DNA from: an uncultured Planctomycetota bacterium
GTDB taxonomy: Bacteria; Planctomycetota; PLA2; JAEUHO01
Direction: 5' to 3'
Length of the DNA stretch: 64,000 nucleotides
NCBI GenBank assembly: GCA_963752285.1
Contig: CAVVXN010000002.1
Coordinates: forward strand, 455,116-519,115
Below the pieces are notes generated by a model, which saw only the letters and a list, made by a program, of their open reading frames with translations, was not told where the DNA came from and searched no databases. Of this stretch, positions 1 to 9,851 are shown piece by piece (the first letter of the stretch is position 1; each line of letters begins with the position of its first letter). Made by a program: the position numbers and the translations under genes.

Positions 1-506
1 GTAGTGGAAGAGGATCCCGTCCTCGTACAGGGAGACGATCCGTCCCACCTGGTTCGGCGCCTCGTCCGCGCCCTCCTCGGCCCGGAGTCGGAAGATCACG
101 GGGACCTCGCCCTGGAGCGCCTCGTCGGACTCGGTGCCCTCGAGCGCGAGCTGGGCCACGTCGGCGCCCTTCTTGAAGTGGAGGATCGCGTCCTCGACGG
201 TCTCCGCGAGCGGGAGGATCCCCTCGACGCCGTACGTCTTGATCGTCTTCCGCACGAACTTGCTCGGGCGGGCGAGGACGAGGCCGCCGCCCTTCTCCGC
301 CAGGACCTTGCGGAGCCTCAGGATGTAGCCGAACGCCGAGGAGTTGAGGAACGTGAGCAACCGGACGTCGAAGACGAACCGGACGTCGCCGCTCTGGATC
401 CAGCGCTCCATCCGCTCCGTGAAGCCCGGCAGGTTGAACGCCTCGAGCTCCCCCGTGAACTTCAGGATGACGATCTCGTCGTAGCGCTTCTTCTCGAGCT
501 TCATGC
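1..506 (-). CDS. STAS-domain protein (anti-sigma-factor-antagonist-like), possibly with a PilZ-like C-terminal segment; 3' end runs off the window
   Basis: Not in the ORF track because there is no stop inside the window. My minus-strand translation from the ATG at 506 reads MKLEKKRYDEIVILKFTGELEAFNLPGFTERMERWIQSGDVRFVFDVRLLTFLNSSAFGYILRLRKVLAEKGGGLVLARPSKFVRKTIKTYGVEGILPLAETVEDAI. This is a classic STAS/SpoIIAA pattern. The tail VPVIFRLR...GRIVSLYEDGILF looks PilZ-like. The + strand ORF 4..783 is its antisense shadow. Confidence 0.7.
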
Positions 507-616
507 CGCGGCCTCCCCCTCCGGGCCGACCCCGGGGGCCGGCATGGTAGCCCGACCCGCCCGGGGGGACACCCGACCCGACGCCGCGCCGTCCGCGGGG
601 TCCCCGCGGGGCCCCA

Positions 617-1618
617 TCAGAGCTTGGCGACCGACGCCAGGGCCTGCTCGATCACCTGGGCGGTCTGGACGCCCTCGGCCTCGCCCTCGAAGTTCAGCAC
701 GATGCGATGACGGAGCGCGGCGTGCGCGACGTCGCCCAGGTCGTCGCGGGAGACGGCCGCGCGCCCGTCCGCGAGGGCCATGACCTTGCCCGCGAGCGCG
801 AGCGCCTGGGCCGCGCGCGCGCTGGCCCCGTAGCGCACGAAGCGGCGCGCCAGGGGGACCGCGCCCTCCGCGTCAGGCCTCGTGGCGTGCACGAGCCGCG
901 CGATCCAGTGCCGGGCGCGATCGCCGAGAGGCACCTGCCTCGTGAGCGCACGCATCTCGACGACCCGGGGCCCGTTCATGACCGGGGTGACGACCGGCAA
1001 CGCCTCGGCGGTGGTGCGGTCGAGGATCCGTTCGATCTCCTCGACGCTGGGGCTCGCCACGACCGCCTTCAGGAGGAACCGGTCGAGCTGCGCCTCGGGG
1101 AGGGGGTACGTGCCCTCCATCTCGACGGGGTTCTGCGTCGCGAGGAGCACGAAGGGGTCCGGCAGCGGAAACGTCTGGTTGCCGGCCGTGACCTGCCGCT
1201 CCTCCATCGCCTCCAGGAGCGCGCTCTGCGTCTTGGGCGTCGCGCGATTCACCTCGTCCGCGAGGACCACGCTGGCGAAGACGGGCCCCGGCCGGAAGTC
1301 GAACTCGCGCCGGCCCTCCGACTCGTGGACGAGCCACGTGCCGAGGACGTCCGCCGGCATGAGGTCCGGCGTGCACTGGATGCGCCCGAACTCCAGGTCG
1401 AGCGCGCTCGCGAGCGTGCGGACGAGGAGCGTCTTCCCCGTCCCCGGGACACCCTCGAGCAGGAGATGCCCGCCCGCGAACAGGCAGAGCAGGGTGTCGC
1501 GAACCGCCTCCGCGTGGCCCACGATCACGCGTCCGACGGCCTCCTCCAGAGCGTGGAAGTCGCCGGCGTACCGCGCGACCTCGCGTGCCGCGTGCTCGAC
1601 CTCGCTCGACTGCGCCAT
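617..1618 (-). CDS. MoxR-family AAA+ ATPase
   Basis: Track ORF 617..1618. Walker A is GVPGTGKT and Walker B is VVLADEVNR. LLATQNPVEMEGTYPLPEAQLDRF is the MoxR/AAA_3 signature. Confidence 0.9.
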   Translation of the reverse strand: MAQSSEVEHAAREVARYAGDFHALEEAVGRVIVGHAEAVRDTLLCLFAGGHLLLEGVPGTGKTLLVRTLASALDLEFGRIQCTPDLMPADVLGTWLVHESEGRREFDFRPGPVFASVVLADEVNRATPKTQSALLEAMEERQVTAGNQTFPLPDPFVLLATQNPVEMEGTYPLPEAQLDRFLLKAVVASPSVEEIERILDRTTAEALPVVTPVMNGPRVVEMRALTRQVPLGDRARHWIARLVHATRPDAEGAVPLARRFVRYGASARAAQALALAGKVMALADGRAAVSRDDLGDVAHAALRHRIVLNFEGEAEGVQTAQVIEQALASVAKL

Positions 1619-1646
1619 GACGCCTCCCCCGGTCCCGCTGGGGCCG

Positions 1647-3062
1647 TTACCCGACCTCGTCCAGCGCGCGGGCGCGGAACCGGACGCCGAGCACGTCCTC
1701 GGCCAGACGTCGGCACGCCTCCACGTCCACGCCTTCGAGGCCCTCGATCGCCGTCGCGACCACGTCGATGCCGGCGGCCTTCGCGGACCGGATCCACGCG
1801 AGCATCGGGGTGAAGCCGTCGGGCGAGAACGCCGAGGGGCAGTGCCGCTCGAACGTTTCGCGGTCCTGGGCGTTCAGGCTCACGGACGCGACGTCGATCA
1901 GCCCCGCGAGCTCGGGCGCCGTGGGGCGCTTGTGGATCAGGTCGGCGTGCCCGTTCGTGTTGAGGCGCGTGCGGCCCCCGGCCTCCTTCACGCGGCGCGC
2001 GACCTCCTTCACGACCTCGAGCCGGAGCGTCGGCTCGCCGAACCCGCAGAACACGACCTCGGGCGGGCGGGACGGGTCGCCCAGCGCGTCGAGGATCTCG
2101 GCGACGGTCGGGTCCTTCGGGCGTCGGAGGTCGTAGCCCTTCACCTCGTACGCGTCCCAGGTCCGCGGGCAGAAGGTGCACCGCGCGTCGCACGCGTTCG
2201 TCACGTTCACGTACGCGGTGCCGCGGATGAGGTAGACGGGCGGGCCGTCCGTCTCCTCGCCGGGCAGCCGGAAGAGGGACCGCGCGTTCCGGGTCGTGAT
2301 CCGTCGGACGTCCGCCTCCGAGAGTCCCTTCACCGCGGCCAACGTCTTCGCGACCTCCGCCACGAACGACGGCTCGTTGCGGTGCCCGCGATGGGGCACC
2401 GGTGCGAGGAAGGGCGCGTCCGTCTCGACGAGCGCCCGCTCGACGGGGACCGCGGCGGCCGAGGCCCGCACGCCCTCGCCCTTGGGGAACGTGAGGATCC
2501 CGGACCAGGAGACGTAGAAGCCGAGCGCCACGAACCTCGCGGCGAACGCCGGGTCGCCCGTGAAGCAGTGCATCACGCCCCGGACGCCCGGCGTGGACTC
2601 GATGGTGCGCGCCACGTCCTCGTACGCGTCGAGGCGCCCCGGCTGGTCGCGCACGTGGACGATCACCGGCAGGTCGAGGTCCCGCGCGAGGGCGGCCTGC
2701 CGGGCGAAGGCCCGGCCCTGGCGCGCGCGGTCCACACGGTCGCGGTAGTAGTCGAGGCCGGTCTCGCCGACGGCCACGAAGCCGCCCTCGCGGACGAGGG
2801 CCTCCAGCTCGTCGAGGGCCGCGGCGTCGTCCGGGGGCACGTCGTTCGGGTGGATCCCCGCCGTCGGGTAGAGACCCGTCCGCTCGCGGCAGAGCGCGAA
2901 CGCGCGTCGCGCGTCCGAGACCCCCGTGGCCACCACCAGCGCCTGCCGCACGCCCGCGGACGCCATGCGGGACAGCACCGGGTCGAGGTCGTCCTGGAAG
3001 TCGTCCCAGGTCAGGTGGCAGTGCGAGTCCACGAGGTCGGGGAGGGCGCCGTTCTCGGCCAT
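1647..3062 (-). CDS. TatD-family metal-dependent hydrolase fused to a radical SAM domain (471 aa)
   Basis: This is the tail of the 1644-aa track ORF, with an ATG at 3062. The N-terminal half carries TatD motifs: DSHCHL, GETGLDYY, HVRD, HCF, ETDAPF. The C-terminal half carries NACDARCTFCPRTW (CX3CX2C) and FCGFGEPTL, which indicate radical SAM. There is no stop between the halves. Confidence 0.85.
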   Translation of the reverse strand: MAENGALPDLVDSHCHLTWDDFQDDLDPVLSRMASAGVRQALVVATGVSDARRAFALCRERTGLYPTAGIHPNDVPPDDAAALDELEALVREGGFVAVGETGLDYYRDRVDRARQGRAFARQAALARDLDLPVIVHVRDQPGRLDAYEDVARTIESTPGVRGVMHCFTGDPAFAARFVALGFYVSWSGILTFPKGEGVRASAAAVPVERALVETDAPFLAPVPHRGHRNEPSFVAEVAKTLAAVKGLSEADVRRITTRNARSLFRLPGEETDGPPVYLIRGTAYVNVTNACDARCTFCPRTWDAYEVKGYDLRRPKDPTVAEILDALGDPSRPPEVVFCGFGEPTLRLEVVKEVARRVKEAGGRTRLNTNGHADLIHKRPTAPELAGLIDVASVSLNAQDRETFERHCPSAFSPDGFTPMLAWIRSAKAAGIDVVATAIEGLEGVDVEACRRLAEDVLGVRFRARALDEVG

Positions 3063-3177
3063 CGGGCCACGGTACCCCGACGCCGGCGGGGCGAGGACGT
3101 CGGGCGGCGCGTGCCGTAGACTCGGCGTCCGCGCGCCGCCGAGGTGGCCGCTCGCGCGACCGAGGAGCCGGGACGCC

Positions 3178-4431
3178 ATGGGTACGACGAGATGGAAGGG
3201 CGGCCAGGCGGTCCCGTGGATCGCGCTCCTGATCGTCACGGCCTTCGCGATCGTCCTCCTCGCGCGCCGCGAGAGCCCCGCCTCGGCGGCGCGGCCCACG
3301 GCGGACGGCGCGTCGCCGCCGGCGTCGGGCCCCGCCACGACGGCGGCGCCGGCCCCCGCCGCGGCGCCCGCGCCCCGCGACGCGGCCGCGATCGAAAAGG
3401 CCGCCGCCGCGACGGAGATCGAGTACGACCGCGTGCTGCAGGACCTCGCCCAGGAGCGACAGCACGCGGCGGACCTCGCCCAGGAGGCCGCGGCCAGCCG
3501 GGCGCGGGCCGAGAGCGCCGAGGCCCGCCGCGCCGCCGCCGAGGCGCGGCTCACCGCGGTCGACGAGGCGATGGGCGCGGCGGAGGCCGAGGTGAAGGAC
3601 CTGCGCCAGGCCCTCGACGCCATGGGCGGTCGCGTCGAGGGGCTCGAGGCGCGGCGCGAGGCGGCCGAGGACCCCGTGCGGCGCTGGCTCAAGGACGCGG
3701 CCGACCCCGACCCCGACCACCGCCAGCGCGCGAAGCGAGGCGCGGAGCGGGCCGGCGAGAAGGACCTCGCCCACCTGGCCGAGCTCGTGTCGAAGGACCC
3801 CGCGTATGCGGCCCCGGCCGCGACGTTCCTATCGTGGGTCGAGGCGTCCGACGCATCCGACCAGGCGACCGCGGCCGTGCTCGCCGCTGCGGACGCGACC
3901 ACCGACCCGAAGGCGATCGTCGCCGCGCTCGGCGCCACGCCGGTGGCCCGGCCCGCGGCGGTCGCGCCGACGCTCTCGAACGGGGGCCCCGCACTCCGTC
4001 GCGCGGTGCTCGACGCCGTGCTGCAGAACGCCGCGCGCGTTGCCGACGACCAGAAGGCCGCCTTCGCGGCGCCGGTCGAGGGCCTCCTCGCCTCCGGCGA
4101 GCCCGACCTCGTCGCGCGCGCCGCGCGTCTCGTCGGGTACCTCCGTCTGGACGGGCTCGCCCCGAAGCTCGTCCCGCTGCTCGGGTCCGACGACGCCGCG
4201 GTCCGCGCCGGCGCCGCGTACGCGCTGTCGCGCGTGCCGGACCGCGCGTCCGTGGACGCCGAGGTGAAGGCGTCGCTCGCGACGCTCCTGGCGGCCGACT
4301 CCGTCGAGGTGCGCACGGCCGCCGTCCTGCTCGCGGAGGCCGTGCTCGGCGAGCGGGTCGCCTTCGACCCCGCCGCGCCGGCCGACGCCCGCGCTCGGGC
4401 GCTCGACGCGCTCCGGCCGCGCCTCCCGTAG
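3178..4431 (+). CDS. Membrane-anchored coiled-coil / HEAT-repeat protein, function unknown
   Basis: In-frame ATG at 3178 inside ORF 2926..4431. It has an N-terminal TM helix (WIALLIVTAFAIVLLA) and an Ala/Pro linker. An Ala/Glu/Arg-rich coiled-coil-like stretch follows, then HEAT-like repeats (LLGSDDAAVRAGAAYALSRV). Confidence 0.6.
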   Translation: MGTTRWKGGQAVPWIALLIVTAFAIVLLARRESPASAARPTADGASPPASGPATTAAPAPAAAPAPRDAAAIEKAAAATEIEYDRVLQDLAQERQHAADLAQEAAASRARAESAEARRAAAEARLTAVDEAMGAAEAEVKDLRQALDAMGGRVEGLEARREAAEDPVRRWLKDAADPDPDHRQRAKRGAERAGEKDLAHLAELVSKDPAYAAPAATFLSWVEASDASDQATAAVLAAADATTDPKAIVAALGATPVARPAAVAPTLSNGGPALRRAVLDAVLQNAARVADDQKAAFAAPVEGLLASGEPDLVARAARLVGYLRLDGLAPKLVPLLGSDDAAVRAGAAYALSRVPDRASVDAEVKASLATLLAADSVEVRTAAVLLAEAVLGERVAFDPAAPADARARALDALRPRLP

Positions 4432-4459
4432 GGAGCCCGCCGCCGCCCTTGCTCGGCAC

Positions 4460-6568
4460 CTACACGTGGAGCCCGTGCCGGCGCTGGTGGAGCCACCAGC
4501 CCGCGCCGAGCCCCAGGACCGCGAGCTCCGCCGCGTAGAAGATCACCAGGCCGTTCATCACGCCCTGCGTGAACCCGTACGCGTGCAGGCCGATCCCGAG
4601 CAGGTTGATGCCCCACCACGAGAAGGCCACCACCCCGGCCAGCGCGACCGTGGCCATCGCGAACCCGAACGGCTTCAGGATGCCGCCGAGGCGCCCGTGG
4701 ATCATCGCGAGCTGCCACAGCACGATCATCAGCGCGCCGTTCTCCTTGGGGTCCCAGCCCCAGAAGCGGCCCCACGACTCGTTCGCCCAGATGCCGCCGA
4801 GGATCGTCCCCACCGTGGTGAGGATCAGCGCGAACCCGAGCGTGCCGTAGGTCATCCCGTTCACGACGCGGAAGAAGCCCTGGTCCCGCTTCGCCAGCCC
4901 GAACACGCGGCCGAGCACGTATACGTGCGCGAACGCCGCGGCGAGGAGGCTCGCCATGTAGCCGAGCGCGATGCACGTGACGTGCGTGGACAGCCAGAAG
5001 TTCGTGTCGAGGACCGCCACGACCTTCTTCATGTTGTCTTCGCGCGTGATCGACTCGTAGCCGTGCGCCACGAGGAGGCCCAGGAACCCCAGGAGGGGGA
5101 CGAGGGCCAGCGCGATCCGGCGCCTCGTCAGTCCCTCGACGACGAGCCCCGTCAGCGCGGCGGTCGCGGTGACGAACAGGACGGTGTCGTAGAGGTTCGT
5201 CATCGGCGGGTGCTCGCGGATCAGGCAGCGCTCCACGATGCCCCAGATGACGAAGAGCGTCGTCCCGCCCAGGAGCCCGATCAGCGTGGCGTCGTACCAC
5301 GGGATGCGCCGGCGGAAGAACCACGACACCGCGACGAACACGAAGAGCGTGAGGTAGATCCACTGCGAGTTCCCGAACGGGTTCAGCCGGAAGAGCTGGA
5401 CCTCGCGCGGGATGTTCCGGTACTTGCCGATGTCGCGCGCGAGCGCCTCCGCGTCGCGCTCGAGCGTGCGGGCCCGGTCCGTGAACGTCTTCGGGTCGCT
5501 CCGCGCCTCGTACAGGCCCTCGAAGTCCTTCAGCATGTCGAAGTGGCCCGCGACCGGGGGGAGGTCGGGACGTTCGGCCGCCTGGTAGAGGACCTCGTAC
5601 GGCGTGAGCCACGCGTCGGCCTGCATATCGAGATCGCTGCCCGCGTCCTGCGCCGCCTGGATGGCCGCCATCCGCTCCTTCGAGGGCGGGAACACCGCGA
5701 GCGCGCTGGAGCTCCCCTTCGTCTGGAGCATCTGCTCGTACCCGTTCACGGCCGCGTCGAGCTCGGGGTGCTTCGGACCGGCGGCCTGCCGAAGCGCCGT
5801 CCGCAAGGCCTCGGTGATGCGCGGTGCCGCACGGACCAGCTCCGGGAACGAGACCTCGGCCTTCCCGCCGAGCTGCTGGCGGAGGATCGGGAGGTCGGGG
5901 ACGGCCACGGGCGCGCGGGCCCAGCCGATCCACGTCGTGAACTCCTCGAACTCCATCACGGCGTGGTAGAGCGTCACGATGCCGCCCTGCACCGGGTCGC
6001 GCTGCTTCTCCTCGATCTGGCCGTACTGGCGCGCCAGCGCGACCAGCCGGGTCCGACCGGGGGCCAGGAACTCGTACGCGTAGTAGTCGCGCTTCTTCTT
6101 CTCGACGGGCTTGCCGGACTCGTCGGTGAGGTGGCTCGGGTCGAGGCCCAGCGCGGTCAGCACTTCGTCGTTGTCGATCAGGAAGCACTCGTAGCGCCGC
6201 GCGGACTCGGGGAAGAACAGGCAGTCGAGGAGGAACTCGACCGGCCCGATCCGTCGGCCGTCCGGCGTCTTCACCGAACGGTGCTGCGCCATCCGCTCGA
6301 GGGCGTACGTGGCCATCGTGTTGAGCGGCTTGACGCGCCCGCCCTCCTGCACGGGGATCTCCGCGAAGAGGTCCACGACCTCGGCGGGCCACGCCGCGGG
6401 CCACGTGTGCGCCGGGGTCGAGGAGGTCGCGGCCGGGCCCTCGGCGGCGCGGGCCGGCGCGAGGCCCAGCGTCGCCGCCGCGACGCCGGCCGCGAGCAGC
6501 CCGCCCAGCAGGGCGAGCCGTCCGAACGGCACCCGGCGGTTCGGGGCGGAGTGGGTGGTGTCCCTCAT
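4460..6568 (-). CDS. ccsA: System II cytochrome c biogenesis protein CcsA/ResC with a long N-terminal soluble extension
   Basis: In-frame ATG at 6568 of track ORF 4460..7699. It has a signal-like N-terminus and a soluble region of about 380 aa. The polytopic C-terminal half carries the haem-handling WWD box WGRFWGWDPKENG. An ATGA overlap joins it to the upstream gene. Confidence 0.85.
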   Translation of the reverse strand: MRDTTHSAPNRRVPFGRLALLGGLLAAGVAAATLGLAPARAAEGPAATSSTPAHTWPAAWPAEVVDLFAEIPVQEGGRVKPLNTMATYALERMAQHRSVKTPDGRRIGPVEFLLDCLFFPESARRYECFLIDNDEVLTALGLDPSHLTDESGKPVEKKKRDYYAYEFLAPGRTRLVALARQYGQIEEKQRDPVQGGIVTLYHAVMEFEEFTTWIGWARAPVAVPDLPILRQQLGGKAEVSFPELVRAAPRITEALRTALRQAAGPKHPELDAAVNGYEQMLQTKGSSSALAVFPPSKERMAAIQAAQDAGSDLDMQADAWLTPYEVLYQAAERPDLPPVAGHFDMLKDFEGLYEARSDPKTFTDRARTLERDAEALARDIGKYRNIPREVQLFRLNPFGNSQWIYLTLFVFVAVSWFFRRRIPWYDATLIGLLGGTTLFVIWGIVERCLIREHPPMTNLYDTVLFVTATAALTGLVVEGLTRRRIALALVPLLGFLGLLVAHGYESITREDNMKKVVAVLDTNFWLSTHVTCIALGYMASLLAAAFAHVYVLGRVFGLAKRDQGFFRVVNGMTYGTLGFALILTTVGTILGGIWANESWGRFWGWDPKENGALMIVLWQLAMIHGRLGGILKPFGFAMATVALAGVVAFSWWGINLLGIGLHAYGFTQGVMNGLVIFYAAELAVLGLGAGWWLHQRRHGLHV

Positions 6569-7923
6569 GTCGCGCTCCCAAGCTCCACGCGCACGCGATG
6601 GTGCGACTGGCGCTCCAGGTACTTCACGAGCTTCATTACGAAGTGGATCAGCATGCCGATCGCGATGATCACGCAGGAGTAGAGGGGAACCCGATCGGAG
6701 GGGTTCGACACCACGGCGAAGTTCGAGTAGAGCCGCGAGCCGGGCGGGGCGTTCTCGGGCCCCCAGCCCGACTGGTAGAGCGTGTAGCCTTCGCTCCGCA
6801 GCGGCTCGTTCATCGTGATGTGGACCTCGCGCGGCGGGGAGCCGGCCTCGGTCTTCGTCACGAACGAGGAGAACCGCCGGGGGATCATCGTGCCCGGGTG
6901 GTACTCGTGGACGAAGCGGTCGAGGTGGACCTGGAAGGGGAGGGTCCACCGACGCGGCCTCAGCTCGACCGTCCACTCCGCGTCGCCGAGCCGAACGCCG
7001 TAGGGCGCGGCCCTTGCGCTCACGAGCCCGCGGTGGGACGCACCGGTCGTACGCTCGACCAGGGTCACGCGCGCCCCGGGCGCGTTGTACAGGTTCTGGT
7101 CCTCCTCCGCCTTCGTGACCGGGGGACGCGTCTCGAGGGTCCAGCCGTCCACGGCGGAGGGGGCGGACGCGCCGACCCGCTTGACCACCGCGTTCGTCGC
7201 GTAGCCCGAGACCAGCACGTCGAAGGGGAGGTCGGGGTGCGCGAAACGCGCCGTGCCGCCCTCGTTCGTCCACGAGAAGTCCTCGGCCGGGACGACGTAC
7301 TCGCGCGCGGTGTGGTCCGGTCGGATCTCGGTGGTCGCGAGCTCCCAGCTCCGGAAGCTCACGTACTCGTCGGAGGCGTCGCCCTCGTAGAGAACCATCT
7401 GCCCGCTGGTCGAGAACCGGCTCTCGACCCAGGAGCCGACGAGCAGGATCACGATCCCGAGGTGGACGATGAACACGCCGAGCGTCGAGGTGCCCCGCCG
7501 CATGCGGAGCAGGCCGCCGACGATCAGGTTCACGAAGAGGAGCGGGAGGAGGAGCATGGCGCCTGGCAGCGGCAGCGGGATGTCGGCCCCCTGCGCGTAC
7601 CGCACGAACGGGTAGACCGAGGTCGCCAGGAGCACGCCCGCCACGAGGGCGGTCCACGGGGAGAGCGTCCGGCGGGCCCAGTGGAGCAGGACGGTCCACA
7701 CGGCCAACCCGGCCAGCACGACGCCCACCACCAGCGGGAGGAAGCCGGCGCCCCGGTGGATCACGAAGACCGAGCCGAAGTAGTGCGCCTGGACGTCGTA
7801 GATCGTGTGCGTGCCCTGGGCGATGGTGCCGAAGAGCGTCAGCAGGAGCATCAGGACGAAGAGGGCCGCGGCGAGGCGGAACGAGCCGAGGACCGCCACG
7901 AGCCGATCGAGAGGTCGTTGCAT
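6565..7923 (-). CDS. ccsB: System II cytochrome c biogenesis protein CcsB/ResB
   Basis: In-frame ATG at 7923 of track ORF 6565..9060. It has N-terminal TM helices, a large periplasmic loop and a C-terminal TM helix (CVIIAIGMLIHFVMKLV). Its stop overlaps the ccsA start at 6565-6568. Confidence 0.8.
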   Translation of the reverse strand: MQRPLDRLVAVLGSFRLAAALFVLMLLLTLFGTIAQGTHTIYDVQAHYFGSVFVIHRGAGFLPLVVGVVLAGLAVWTVLLHWARRTLSPWTALVAGVLLATSVYPFVRYAQGADIPLPLPGAMLLLPLLFVNLIVGGLLRMRRGTSTLGVFIVHLGIVILLVGSWVESRFSTSGQMVLYEGDASDEYVSFRSWELATTEIRPDHTAREYVVPAEDFSWTNEGGTARFAHPDLPFDVLVSGYATNAVVKRVGASAPSAVDGWTLETRPPVTKAEEDQNLYNAPGARVTLVERTTGASHRGLVSARAAPYGVRLGDAEWTVELRPRRWTLPFQVHLDRFVHEYHPGTMIPRRFSSFVTKTEAGSPPREVHITMNEPLRSEGYTLYQSGWGPENAPPGSRLYSNFAVVSNPSDRVPLYSCVIIAIGMLIHFVMKLVKYLERQSHHRVRVELGSAT

Positions 7924-7949
7924 GGGATTCGGATCTCCGTGGGGTCCGT

Positions 7950-9164
7950 TCACCAGGACAGGGAGCGGCAGAAGGTCTCGAAGTTCGGCTTCTGGCCCTT
8001 CACGACGTCCGCCGGGCCCGTCAGCTTGACGAAGATCGCGCTGTCGGGGCGGAGCAGCACGAACCCGAGCATCTCGGCGGGGTCGATCTTCTCGCCGCCC
8101 TGTCCCATCCCCGGCGTGTAGCTCCCGTCGATCGTGACGAGCACGCCCTCCATCCCGTTCGCGGTGAGGCGCGGCAGCGCCTGGATCTCTGCGCTCGTGA
8201 GGGGGGGCTGTCCCATCTGCCCGCGCCAGCGGTTGAGGTTCATGTCGAGCCCGCCGCCGTCTCCGTTGAGCACGGTGACGTAGCACTCCGTGTCCGAGGT
8301 GTCCTTCGGGACGTAGGTGACCTCGCGCATCGGCTTCGCGGGCTGCGGGAGCCAGGACGGCGGAGCGTCCCAGTGGAGCCCGCTGTCGCCCTCGCCGGCG
8401 GGCGGCATCTCCCCGGTCCCTCCGGGGAGGGCCGGATGACCCGGCGGCAGGTCGCTCGGGGCGCTGGACGCGCTCGCCATCGGTGCCCACGTTATCGAAC
8501 GGGCGAGGGCGTCGAAGTGCGCTCGCTCCTGCGCGATCACGTCCGCGGGCCCGACCATCTTCAGGAAGAGCGCGGCCATCGGCAGCTCGAGGATCAGGCC
8601 CACCATCTTCGCGTGCTCGAGCGGCGCGGAGCCACCCATGCCGGCGTAGGCCCCGTCGAGAACCACCTCCTTCGCCGGCCGGCCGAGGATCTCGCCATCG
8701 GGCAGGTTCTGGACGGCCGCGTCCTCCTCCGGGGGGAGCCCCATCTGCTTTCGCCAGCGGTTCACGTTCTCGACGAGCCCGCCGGCGGCGCCGGGAAGGA
8801 CCACGAGCGAGCACTCGGCGTCGGGCGATCCCGGGACCTTCCAGCTGCCCTTGCGCATCTCCGCCGGCGGCTCCTCCGTCCACCCCTCGGGCGTCGTCCA
8901 GGTCCACTCCCGACCGCCCGGGTCGCCGGCGCTCGCGTGCGGGCCCGCGGTGGCCCGGCCGAAGCGCTGGTCGCTCGACAGGCTGCTGGTGGGGGAGGAC
9001 GAGGCGCTCGACCGCTCCCGGACGTCGTCGATCGTGTACGTCTTCTCCTTCTTGCCGCACGCGCCGAGGAGGGCCGAGAGCCCGAGGAGCACGAGCCCCG
9101 ACAGCGCCAGCCGGGGCCGCGGGGTCGGGAGGGGGCGGCGTCGGGTCCGCGAAGCGTGCTTCAT
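7950..9164 (-). CDS. Lipoprotein made of two homologous ~135-aa domains, unknown function, co-oriented 26 bp upstream of ccsB
   Basis: In-frame ATG at 9164 of ORF 7950..9644, with lipobox LLGAC. Internal duplication is clear: ECSLVVLPGAAGGLVENVNRWRKQMGLPP matches ECYVTVLNGDGGGLDMNLNRWRGQMGQPP. FLKMVGPADVIAQERAHFDALARSITW matches FVKLTGPADVVKGQKPNFETFCRSLSW. Confidence 0.7.
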   Translation of the reverse strand: MKHASRTRRRPLPTPRPRLALSGLVLLGLSALLGACGKKEKTYTIDDVRERSSASSSPTSSLSSDQRFGRATAGPHASAGDPGGREWTWTTPEGWTEEPPAEMRKGSWKVPGSPDAECSLVVLPGAAGGLVENVNRWRKQMGLPPEEDAAVQNLPDGEILGRPAKEVVLDGAYAGMGGSAPLEHAKMVGLILELPMAALFLKMVGPADVIAQERAHFDALARSITWAPMASASSAPSDLPPGHPALPGGTGEMPPAGEGDSGLHWDAPPSWLPQPAKPMREVTYVPKDTSDTECYVTVLNGDGGGLDMNLNRWRGQMGQPPLTSAEIQALPRLTANGMEGVLVTIDGSYTPGMGQGGEKIDPAEMLGFVLLRPDSAIFVKLTGPADVVKGQKPNFETFCRSLSW

Positions 9165-9851
9165 GGCGGTGGCGACTCCGTTCTCCGACCCGCCGGGCGC
9201 CCGCCTCCGCCCGCGGCGCGCGCCGGGTCGGACCGCGCGGCGCGCCAGCCGGGAAGGGGAGGAGCGAGGGGGACGGAAGGCCGAGGATCGATCCGGGTCC
9301 GATGGGGCGGACCGCGCGCCGCGAGCGGCGCCAGGGGCCCGGCCGCGCGCCAGGGGCCGGATCCGGTTCGTGATGGTCCTACGCCCGTCGGAGACGAATC
9401 GCCGTACGATACCTCCGCTTCGGCCCGGGCTCCCCTCGGGAGACGACCGCCCGCCCCGCCTGGGACTGGGCCTTTGAGCCCTCCTCGCGACGCCGCACCA
9501 TCCGCTGCGCGCGGCGCCCGCGATCCGTCCCGGAGGGGGCGACCCGGGTGCCGTCGGGACCCCTCTCTCCACGGCCCCTTCCGGGCCCCACGCCCCGCCA
9601 TTTCGGGGGGGTGTGGCCCTCGGGGTGATCGTCCGATGACGCATTCTGGGTACCTACCGGAGGATCCGGGGCCGCTCCGTGCGGCCCCCGGATTGGGTCG
9701 GCCCTTCCCAAACTGCTGGTGAACAAGGGCTTGGGTAATTCGTCCGCGTGGTGCCACCCGGGGTGCGTCGCTTGCTAGGCCCTGGGGCAGGACCGGCAAA
9801 GATGAGTTCGGGGTCCGGAGGTCCGGGCCCCGGTCAGGAGCGGTACCCGGA

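Noticed and set aside
1647-6581. 1644-aa minus-strand ORF as a single giant gene
   Set aside because: Only the last 471 codons (TatD/radical SAM, ATG at 3062) look like protein. The upstream part is Ala/Ser/Arg-rich low-complexity sequence. It lies antisense to the convincing + strand HEAT-repeat gene (3178..4431), and out of frame on the same strand as ccsA. It is a typical high-GC shadow ORF.
9165-9851. ORFs in the 690-bp divergent spacer (9161..9955, 9379..9726, 8373..9722 and others) and a strong hairpin at 9666-9691
   Set aside because: The translations are Arg/Pro/Gly-rich with no motifs and overlap each other in several frames. The hairpin (CCGGGGCCGC-tccgt-GCGGCCCCCGG, with one bulge) is real, but I cannot assign it a function.
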